A stretch of 64,000 bases of DNA from Klebsormidium nitens (Eukaryota > Plantae > Klebsormidiophyceae): assembly GCA_000708835.1 (NCBI GenBank), contig DF237422.1:1-64000 (forward strand), read 5' to 3'. The translations under genes and the position numbers were made by a program. This document shows, piece after piece, positions 39,463-50,455 of the stretch; positions within the stretch are counted from its first letter, which is position 1; each line of letters opens with the position of its first letter. The notes below the pieces were generated by a model that saw nothing but the letters and a program-made list of their open reading frames with translations, made no database searches and was not told the DNA's origin.

Positions 39463-40276
39463 AGCTGCCGCCCTCGGGTTGCGCCGTTATACTCTTTGAA
39501 TCATAGTAGGGTGTATATTGAGGACATCTGCGGTCGTTCGAGAACCGGGTGCTATGCATGTATTGTACCAAGATAGATAGACCAGTTGCTCGAGATTTGT
39601 ACCATCCTTTGAATCCAGATGGGACCAATGGACTGGCAGACAGTCGGACGTATTTGTTCTTGAATTCTTCTTGAGAAGTGAAAGAGGCTGTGACATGGTC
39701 GGCCGCATCGGAATGATGCTTTCCGGGCCGATTGAGATATCTTGCTACAGCAGTATTTAGGCATGCGTGCAAAATTGTGAACATACGTACATGGCGCGGC
39801 CTTGCCGGCGGCCCCAGCCCCCAATTCCAAGAAGGGGTTGTCAGCACAATTGCCAGAAGTTGCGGATGGCAAATTGGCATATTTGGAGCATGCGTACCAT
39901 TTACACCGGCACATCTACCGTAGCCAGAGGAAATCCCATTCCCGGCCCGGAAGAGCGACAAAGTCTAATGGTACATCCAACCAGTACGGTACTGATACCG
40001 TTTCAGCCATGTAATGCTGGTAGATAAAAGTCAGAGCTAGCTCCTGCATGTGGGGCTGCCGGCGCCGGCCTGTCATAGATATGTAGGATCGACTATACGG
40101 GGCCCAGGTTGTTGATAGCAATTATTAAAGCGCGGGCGGCAAAATCCATTATACACCGCGACAATTGCATGTCGAATGGTATGATGCAGGAATTGATACT
40201 GGACTCATGGTGCGCCACGTGGCAACATAACCTAGGGTACCGTACGTCTCTCTGACCACATCTGACATATCACCAA

Positions 40277-40441
40277 GGGTAAGGTCATGTTGAAGCTGAC
40301 CCCCTATGTTCAGTTCAGAGGGTGGGGGGTTGGGGGTTTGGAATAGTAAGGGCAGCGAAAGGGGGGGGGGGCTTGGCCGTTCGGGTCTCGAGGGGCTCTG
40401 GACTGAACATTTAGGGGGGTCACTACAAAATGACCTTACCC
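40277..40441. mobile_element. 165-bp MITE (family B), possibly PIF/Harbinger-Tourist-like
   Basis: About 45-bp imperfect TIRs gggtaaggtcatgttgaagctgaccccctatgttcagttcagag / ctctggactgaacatttaggggggtcactacaaaatgaccttaccc; flanks caa / taa resemble a TAA-type 3-bp target duplication with one mismatch. Confidence 0.72.
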
Positions 40442-41223
40442 TAAGTCTCAATCCAGCTGGCGCCGCCGGGTCGCATAGAAGATACGGCGGCCACTGATGT
40501 GTGCCAGCCACATCTGTATGATCCCGGCTAGATCGATCATTGTATATAGCACCCGCCAACCACTGCATGCAGGCCATGCAGAGAAACACTAGCTGCAATG
40601 TCGAACTGTGGAACTCTTCCGGCCTGCCAAAATCATTGGATGACACTGACAGAAACGTATGTCAGGATCGGACTCATCGCATGCCAATACTATTCCATTC
40701 CAATTCCATTTCAGTGACTCATTGATAATGATTGACTTAAAGTAGTAACTTAACAACTCATCTCACGAGCCACAGTCTTCCCGGCATGAAACGCATGCAA
40801 GCCCCTGATTGAGACGAGAAGGATCACATGCAACTCTATGTTTGCAACCATCGCCACGGCGGTCAAAAGTGGGAGCCGGAGCCCAGCTATGGCAAGATGC
40901 AGAGCCGCAGCACTTTCAAGTTTCTAAGCCCTATGATTAGCAACGCATAGTTTCTGCAAAGGCAGCGCATATCAGATTCCTACTTTTGAGTCGAGAGTTG
41001 CTCGAACAGTCGTACACCTCTTCCAAAATCAGCAACCGAACAAATGACGTGATTAGTCTCTTCGGATTAGCGAATTTGACGTTGACCAGAGCGGCCAGCT
41101 GGATGTCGGGCCCTTCCGGTCCATCTTGCTATCAACAGCTTATTGCTACAGAATCTAAACATCAACTCTAGGATGTATTAACAACAAATGGCGAAAGCGC
41201 GTGCATTGGTCGGGACGATCCGG

Positions 41224-44200
41224 TTAGTAGCAGTGCTCACTGTACACCTTGTCTACATTCTGGCCCCACTCGTTGTGGTACTTGTCGAGGAGCTTGTCGG
41301 CAGGGCACATGCCTGCATACGGCAAAGGTGGCCACATAAAGCGATGCTCAGGAGATTGAACTCTCAGGTGGAGCAAAGCAAGCGCAGTAAACAGAAGACT
41401 TTTGAGCTGACGCCGTGCAGCCAGGCGACTATCGGTACAGCGAGCGAAACAAGGGGAACAAAGTCTTCTGTGCAATATTCCGAGGCCGACAACAACTCGG
41501 GCCGCCATTAGGCAGGACAGCAGGACTGCGGTTGTATTGACTCCCATGTTTACGACGCCGTTCGAACTTCAAACTCTGCCGTGACTCCAGAAACATGGGT
41601 TACTTTGAGCAGAAAAAGGGATATGATGCAGGCGACCCGCCGATGACACGTGTACCCAGGCTGTTCGCTTTTGCAGAAGAAGGAGAACGCCGACCAAAGG
41701 AGAAAGCTGTACACGGATGTTCAGAAGTGATAGATACCAACGAAGCGTCACCTTACCTGTGCGCGCAATGTCTTCCAGCATCTCAACGTACTTCTCTTCC
41801 TTCAGACCCCGCCTCTCAAGGCCCTCCTGCGAGGAGCGAGGCTATAGTCAGTTACTTGTGTTGTTAAGACTGTCGTTTTCCAAAACGGCCTTCTGTTACG
41901 GTATACTTCCAAGGAAGTGACGGAAGCTTAAATCTGCACCACTTGACTACCACCGGAAGAACAAGTACAAAAATGAGAAAAACACAGAAAAGACTGGCTT
42001 CACAATAGCAAGCGACTGGTTCCTGCGCAACTGGCTGGGCAATCGCTCCTCGGAACGGCGTCAGACGGCGTCCATTCCGCTGCACTCCAAAACAAGCTGA
42101 AACCTTCGAGACGGAACGAGAAACTGAATTTGCAAGTGACAGAAATGAGACAAGAAATTCGATTTTTTTAAGGCAACCTGCGATATTATGCGCAATCCTT
42201 TTGACCGGTCGTGTCTCGAATCGGCGTTGAATAACGTTCCGATCCGCTGCACTTCAAGTCAAACTGAAGCTCTGAGAATGAAATCGAGAACTGAATGTGC
42301 ATGGGCGGAATGTAAGAAGGGCGGATCGGCTTACTTTAGCGAGCTGCACGACTTGATTTGAAAACCTCAAAACTTAGCCGGGACAAGATTTTGCAAGGAC
42401 GAAACGAGACAAGGGCGGATTCGGCTTACTTTGGCGAAGTGCACGACTTTTTGGGCAACCTTTGGACTGTCCGGTCGTTTCTTCAAGGGGCGTAAAAAAG
42501 TCGTTCCATTCTGCTGCCCTTTAAGACAGACAGAAACCTCCAAGACGAAACCAAACAAATAGAAATCACCAAAGACAAACCCACGACGAGGAGAGACTGT
42601 CTTACTTTGGCGAGCTGCACGACCTTTTGCGCAACGTCTTGAACGGTCGTGCCTCGAAACACCGTCTTCAACCCGGTCCTTGGCACGTTGTTGCGCAGCG
42701 CATCGCGCTCCTCTGCGGTCCAATCCTTGATGAGCTGGAGCGCGGCCTGGAGCGACTTGTCATCATAGAGGAGACCAACCTGGTGCCGCAGAGGAAAAGG
42801 TTTAGGAAGGAGCAACTTAGCAGCTAAGAAAAGGGCGCTCCTCTGCGGTCCACGCTGCAGTAAGCTGGAGCGTGGCCTTGATGGACTTGTCGTCGTAGAG
42901 GAGACCAACCTGGTGCCGAAGAGGAAAGAGTTTCAGGAGGGAACAACTTAGCGGCTGATAAAGCGTTCCTCTCCGGTCCAAGCTGCAATAAGCTGGAGCG
43001 TGGCCTTGATGGACTTGTCGTCGTAGACGCGACCAACCTGATGCCGAAGAGGACAACGTTTCAAGAGGGAGCGACTTAGCGGCTGATAAAGCGTTCCTCT
43101 GCGGTCCAAATTGCGATGAGCTGGAGCGCGGCCTGGAGGCACTTGACTTCGCAGGAGAAACCGACCTGGTGCCAAGAAGGAGAAGGCGTGAATTGATGGC
43201 ATCCATTTTCTGTTTGGCATAAGCAGCTGAGGTGTGATTTTGAACGCCTTTATGCACCCAACAAAAGGGCGCTCCTCTGCGGTTTACGTAGCTATGAGCT
43301 GGAGCGCGGCCTGGAGCGATGCCAAACGTGGCATCGTAGAGGAGATCAAGCTGTTTCGGAAGAAGGAAACATTTGGGATGGTGGCTGTCACATTCACCAG
43401 CTACCAAAAGGGGCAGTCCTTTGCGGTGCAGTCGGGAACAAGCTGTACCGCGGACTGGAGAGACTTGTCGGCATAGGGAATTCCACTCTGATGCCAAAAA
43501 TATAACGGGAGGCTTAAACAACCAGATGCCCGGGAGGAGTGGCAAAGCTTGCGAAGGCCCTGAATTGCTATTGTTTTGCGGTGCGTTCTCCTCATCGAGC
43601 TCGGTAACAGACTAGAGCGACTTGCTGTCGTGAAAATGACCTAGTGCCGAGGAGAAGTCAAGAAATAGTTCGAAGCGCAACATGCCAGATACGACAACAG
43701 TGGCTGACAGGAGAAGAAACTTCAGAACGAATGGCGTTTTCACGTGCCCGCCGACAAAGACAATCAAGTCGAGGGGAGGGGTATTGATCACGACGACAAA
43801 GTCCAAACGTGTGAAGATCAAACACCAGTTTAGAAGACTCTGAAGAAGTCGGCTATGAACAGCAATCGTCATCAACCGACTCCCGATTGTGTTGGGGGAA
43901 GGAACTACTGCACCAAGACGAATGCCTGTAGCCGGAAATGGCGTATCAAGTTTGCAGGACTACGGCTGCAGGCGAATAATCGCTTGGATGAATGAAGGAC
44001 GGAGAAAGCACGGGTCTTTCGATGTGCTCACCCAGAGAGCGGACTGCGCAGTGATGTGCTCGGGCGGGCCGTTGTCCGAGCCCCGCATCTCGACGATGTT
44101 CTTTAGCCGCACCTGCGTTGACAAACAAAAGGGATGAGCCGAATTTTCAAAGCTAGAACGGGGTCAGGAATCTCGCTCATGAAGACGCCATGAAAGTGTC

Positions 44201-47200
44201 TCTTACTTCAAACCCTGATTCTGGCGAACCCAGTTCCTTAGAGCTCCAATCTGTCGCAGCTCACCAGAAACACTTCCCTACGTAAAGATGTACAAAATGG
44301 AAGAGGAGCGGTTCAGGACGCGCCTGTCGTGATCTTAACGATCCTATAAAATCTGCACAGACTGCCAGATGTATTCTAATGACGTGCGTTGCAATATCGT
44401 GTCCTGTCTTTGTCGATTGCCTTCTGATGGATCCATTCGCTCTGACAAAGTACACAAGACAACGATCGTCATCGAAGATGCTATCATCTGAGTGACTAGC
44501 CTCACCTCCGACAGTATGCTGTTGAGCTGGTTCAACCAGTCCGCCATAGTTGGGTACTTTCCAGGGAGGGGCTCGAGCTTGCCAGCCATGAAGTCCTGGA
44601 AACAATGCACCGTGGTTGAGGGTTGGAGGAGAAAGCAAATGGGTACAATATCTGAGCTGCTACCGTCGTTTTGCAATTGACACCGGCTAAAAGTTTTGCA
44701 CTTGACATCGGCTGAACGAACTGTACTTACGACTCCTCCTTCTGTTCCGTTGAGCGGACAGGAGTGTGGATCTTCCACTGTTTACCAAGTAATTGAGATC
44801 GTTAGCAAGGATACTGCGCGTCTCAGCGCAGTGCCATCGAACCCTCGAGCTAGATCCCACAGCCCGCTGCCTGTTGGGTGAGCACCGAATGCAAAAAACC
44901 CTCAAACTCTACGAATGCACAGAACCCTCCATGAAAAGATGCAGCACAAAGCGTCAGTTTCTGAGCCTTGACACATTGAAACTTACCTTGAAATCCAGTC
45001 CCAGGGCCTTGACGTACTCCTTCCCATTCTGGACGTAGTACATGGGCACGTCGAGCGCCCAGTCTACAAATTTCTCAAACCTGTAACGAACAAGGTTGCC
45101 GCATTAGGGCATCAACTTACAAACATGGCCACAATTGTCGTAACGTTGATTGTTATTGCGGAGTTCGTCCGAGCTGATACCGTTTCTTATTCTACCATCG
45201 TAATTCTAAGACAGTCAGTCTGGCCCAATGGCAATTTGGGCGATCGCATGGTGTATGTGGGCAGGGGGCGGTTTCCTTCGTTAGTAAAAAGCGAAGCTAC
45301 ACAGCGTGTCCGCAACTTAGTCCGTCGCGGCGCTCATCTTTTCCAACCAATGCATGGATTCAAGCCAATCAATCGTAGACGGCCTAGCTTTGCGAATCCC
45401 AGGGATAGCCCCCCGTTCGCAATGGAAAAACATGCCGCTATCACCACTGGAAAATTTTCGAATGAAACCGAAGCGAAGTATTGTAAAGGCAAACGTTCTC
45501 AAAACGCACCCAAAGTCGTCGTCGAACACGAACGGCAGCATTCCGGTGCGGTCCGGGTCGGTGTCGGTCCACGTGATGCTGCGGTAGCTCACGAACCCGC
45601 TGGGCTTCCCTTCGTAAAACGGCGAGTTGGCGAAAAGCGCTGTGGCAATCTGGGGGCAGAAAACTCGAGAATTCAAAAACCCCGCTACCCGAACCACGCT
45701 TCTTTGTTTTGGCCGCAAGCCTGGTGGCTCGGAAAAACTACCACCCGCCGCCGCGACAGTCAATCTGCATTCTCCACCTTGCCGACTACGCTGTCAGCGA
45801 GACTTTGATCAACCGCAGCCTCCATCGCTAAGTAGGTCCAACAGGAATGGTGTACCAAGAGAATAACAAGTTACGTTCGCGTTCAAAGAAACTCACCGGT
45901 TGCAGCGCCAGACCGACGCGCATCTTGTTCACCATGTCCTGCTCCGACTCATAATCGAGGTTCACCTGCACAAAAACGACGATAAAATCATTCTGAAGTT
46001 GCGGGATCTCATAGGTGTTTCTATCCGCAACGCAGCCGTTTATCCAGGACCCAGCTGTCTTCTGACGGGTGCCGAGACATTCAGATGCCGCGCACAACAC
46101 ACCACCTTTTTGCTGTCAGACCAAAGTTGACAACGAGCCCTGGTTCGTACCTGGACCGTGCACGTGCGATACATGACGTCATGTCCGTGCTCCCCCTTCT
46201 GTGAGATGAGGTCACTGGCCAGGATGTGCCGCTCCTTGGGAATAGTCGGAGATGACGTCCACTTCGGATCGAAGCCTAGGGTCAAGAAACCTGCGCCGAG
46301 CTCCTTGCAGACTGCCTTAACCTGGAAATGAACCCGGATATGATGTTGATCTGAATGACCCGAGTTGAAACCGAGTTTGAAGACCGAAACTCATTTTGGG
46401 CCAAAGCCAAGGGTCAAAAAACCTGCGGCGAGCTTCTTGCAGACTGCCTTTACCTGGATATGAAGCTGGATATGAAGCCGAATATGACGCCACTTCAGAT
46501 GGGCTGAAAGAAACAGAGTAAAAACATCTCCAGATTGACTTGAGCGGACCCGAATATTTTTAGACTAACCCGAGGTTTCTAGCTAATCCCCTAAGCTCTT
46601 CCACCCGAAAACCTAAACGTTTATCCTGCAACATAATCACGATCACGGTGGAGTAGATAAGCCGGCTTCAACTTCAACTAATACAGGTTTGGTGAGGCAG
46701 GTTGCCCGGCTCTTCACGAATCGCTTCGACCTGAAAAGTTCTGTAATCGAGTACATTGACTCCTAGCCATTGACGCAAGGTTTCGAACCACTGGCGGAGT
46801 GCTCCCCCGCTGTATCACATTCTATACTGTTCTCATGAGCACCCCAGAAGGGCGGCGTCGAACGAGCTGCTGAAATCCCACGTTTGCCGAGGGGGCATCT
46901 GAAAATCAAGCAATGCATATTACACCCACATACTGGAACGCTCCCAACCTGGAACGACACTGCTGACAACACGTCCAGATGGGAGTGTCCGCCTGTCACC
47001 TTCGTTCCAGATTGTTGACTGATCTTCAATGAAAACATTCGACATTCTTTCTGCATCTTGTGGAGCCTGCTGGAAAGTGATCAATGCTCGCGATTGGCCC
47101 CCGAAGCCCTGACAGTCCCGACTTCTCATGCAAACCATACGTGTGCATCTTGCTTACTTCAGCGCACTCCTCTTCGCTTCATACAATTGGGCCGAGCTTG

Positions 47201-49394
47201 CTGAGATCATAAGGACGCGATGTGAGCAGACTCCGTACCCAGTACCTCATTTGAGCACTGTGAAAAAGAGGAACATGATTGGAGTATGAAGAAGAGGTTA
47301 GTTGAACCGACCTGACTGATGTGGTTGTTAACCTCCTCAAGCGTCTCATGCAACGTCTTGAACGGCGCACCACTCAACTCGAGCTGGCCCCCAGGTTCCA
47401 ACGTGATGCTGGCACCGTTCTGGAAATGAAATTCTGTCAGCATATGGTGCAGTTTACAGTCAAAAACCAAATGAGGACAAGGATTCGGATCAAGCTCAAG
47501 ATGAGGAATGAGATCGATTCTCTGCAGCAACGGTCCGTAGTATCTGCATTCTTGATGACAAACTTGTGGCCCGATGAGAAAATAGTACTGTGTTGATGCA
47601 GCTTGTGTGCCAGCAGCTCTTACCGCCAGCATTCCAGCTTGATGCGTGCATGGATTCCAAAGCAATCCTTGGTTGCGACGCTAACATGCTTCAAAAAATA
47701 TCATGTGCCAGAATGTCGACTTTACTAAATGTTGACCAGTACAGTCTTAAGAGGCCTGCCGCTGCCAAAAGTAGCGATTGCTTTCTGCGGCTCGGAGGAT
47801 CAGGGGGTGATATGACAGACTCAACGCAGATTTACAGATCTGTTGAAAACATCTCCAGAATCGTGTCTGGAAAAGTCTGATCTGAAGGACGATTAGAAGA
47901 CGAAATTTCCACGGAGAAAGCTAGGGATTCCGAAAGCCGTTCACATGAACGGTTGCGTCGCCAATTGTGAAAGTATGCTATGCGAAAGAGATCTCTTATG
48001 ATTGAATTTAAGCTTTTTTCCAGGGGAGATTCGAGCGTAAGTGAGTTGAACCAGCTTAGCAGAAGACTCGTTCAATCCTGATTGTAGGCAGTAGAATCTT
48101 CCGATGACATACCCCAACAGAACAATATGCCAATCTTTTCAATCAATCTGAGCAAGCTTACTTAGGTAATTCCTGTCAAATGCATTCCAAGATGTTTTGA
48201 AGGTCACCTGCTTGAGCGCGAGCAGGTTGCCATGTTCAAACGACCGCTCCCACCCAAACTTATCCGCTAGCTTTCCCAGAATGGTGCGGATCTCCTCGTA
48301 GGTCAGACGCTTCTTGTCGCTGACCCGGAAACCAATCTTCTCATGCTCGGTCCCAATCCTGTAGACATTTCAAAACATCCGATAAGTTTGAAAATTCCTG
48401 CTCCTTGACATTAGCTCTGACAGATGCCTCTTGTCACAGCCCGGAAGTTTTCTTCTTCTCATCCTCAGGTTCAGTGGCAAGGTGGACAGACGCAGTGTTA
48501 CAGATGCAAGGCTCTTTCATTCAAATATTGCAATATATCTCCCAATTCAATCTGGCATTGAGCAAAGAGTGCCTCTGCTGTAGGTTTTTTCGCGGAAAGT
48601 GGACCTCCTGGTCGCTTTGACTGAGCCTGTGGTTGACCCGACAGCCCGGTCTACTTATGAAAGCCATAACAACTCTTGTTAAGAGATTCCAATTGTGGCT
48701 CATTGGTTTTGATGAAGAAGCTGAGTTGTAGCCACATAGTTTGTGGTCCATTCTTTGTTGAATACATTGTGACTTAACAGTAGCTTTCATATACCCACCC
48801 ATTTGTAACGACCACCTTAGAAACAACATGGTGAATGGCAAACCCAATGCTTCAGAGCTTATTCTTGGCTGAATGAGCTAGCAAAGTGCAAAGAACACTT
48901 GAGCTAGAACCACATACAAAAGAAAGGCGCTGTGAATCCATTCTCTTATGGACACTAACACACTTACAGAAGTCTTATTCAACCATGGCGGCATGTGATA
49001 CGTCATGCATGCAAAGGAATAGCATCTACAAGCAGATGCAACCTGCATCCTCTACCAGGAATTCTCATGAAACAGGCGCCAATGTGTACATCGGCTTATC
49101 ACACATGCAAAAAAGTAAGTTCCCAGAGCATGAGAGCAAAATCCTAGTTGCACTTCACATACCACCACATTGCATCACAACATCAAAGATAGGACTGGAT
49201 CAACAATTGAAATTCTGATGAATTACCAAGGTGGTCTCTATATCCTCTCACACAGCCGGATTGAAGCATCAGACTCACCGCCACTGGTCCCTTGGAGTGC
49301 ACGCCTTTTTGAAGAAGTCAACAAGATCTTGCTTCGTCAACCTGGCTTCCTCTCCATTTTCCCCCTTGGAGCCGCTCGCTTTCTGATCAGCCAT
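41224..49394 (-). CDS. Divergent plant-type glutamate-cysteine ligase paralog (GCS2 family), 450 aa, no transit peptide
   Basis: 12 exons: 49394-49279, 48358-48208, 47419-47312, 46321-46151, 45965-45897, 45649-45510, 45080-44987, 44595-44506, 44112-44032, 42779-42606, 41826-41757, 41312-41224; 1353 nt, GT-AG, no internal stop. Motifs [62 protein letters not shown]. Confidence 0.93.
42780..43500 (-). repeat. About 5-6 serial decaying copies of the acceptor plus 5' end of exon 42779-42606
   Basis: agctggagcg.ggcc...gacttgtc.tc.tag...gaccaacctg.tgccg recurs at roughly 125-nt spacing upstream of the real exon. Confidence 0.9.
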
Positions 49395-50455
49395 CTTTCT
49401 TGACAAGTCGAATGATACCTTTTGTCCCTACCTGTCCGACTGACCTTCCCCCTGAAATTCCCAGCTTCGCGAAGATCACGCTGCTCTGTTCCTCCAAACA
49501 AGAACGTCTGTGTGGGAAAAATGGCAGTGGCAATTGTTGCCTTCCTTTTCGAAGCTGGGAGGGATTCTCTCTGCTGCGTCCATAGGGGATCACTACCGTT
49601 CGATAGCACGCCATGCACGCCAAGAAGGCCACGTTTGGCGCCAGCGCTGTTCTGCTGCACCGCCATGTTCCAACTTCCACCACTTGTCGCTTCCACTGCA
49701 ATTGGCGCAATTGCGGGGCATAAGCTATGCCCTGGAAAGTCAAAAGTTTGGCTCCTCTAGTTACAAGCCTGCTGAAGTTACTACGGTAGTACTACCGTGG
49801 TATGTACCAGCCGACCAGGTACCGGTATTCATTGTGCAGAGTCGGACCTTTCAATCATTGAGCTCTTCAGGCCACTGTAATTGCGTCAGAATGACGACAA
49901 CGTTGAACGCAGAATTCGCTCTGTCTTATCTTCAAGTTCTGTTCTTAACCGCAACTTCTCCCGCAGCCAAGTTTCTGGCGCTTCTGAGATTTGTAGAGTA
50001 GGTATCGAAGGTAGTACTAGAAGGGAGGTCCTTTAAACTTTTAATATCCGCTGTAACCATGTAGCGGGTTAGGTCTTACCTACGTTAGCAATCCAATCCA
50101 AATCGGGTTACGAAAACAACATGGAATGATCCTGAATCTTAACACAGCATTTCTAGCGCTATCATCATGTACGGTTCCTCCGTATTTTGGTGTTCAAAGC
50201 GCTTTCCTGGTCCTGCTGGACTGCAGCAGCGCTGCCCCGTCACTCATCCCTGGCGAGTCCGCGCAATCTGGATTGGCTCTTTTGCGCTGCTCTGAACATT
50301 TTGTGGCGGCTTCAAGTTGGTCCTGTTGACAATCTCTGAGCGAAGTGCAACCTGCCACATTCATCGCTTCCATGCAGATCTTCATGCAGCTCGTCTTGCG
50401 CACGGAGGGCGTCGTTGGCCAGACTTAGGGGTAAGGACGGATCGGCATTTGCTCG
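49395..50455. promoter_or_regulatory. Putative bidirectional promoter/5'UTR interval between the two GCL genes
   Basis: 1061 nt between divergent start codons at 49394 (-) and 50456 (+). No specific cis-elements identified. Confidence 0.5.

Noticed and set aside
49337-49743. Two ~118-aa minus-strand ORFs as a transit peptide for the GCL paralog
   Set aside because: Both are out of frame with the GCL start at 49394 and end in stops inside or next to exon 1; no splice route is evident.
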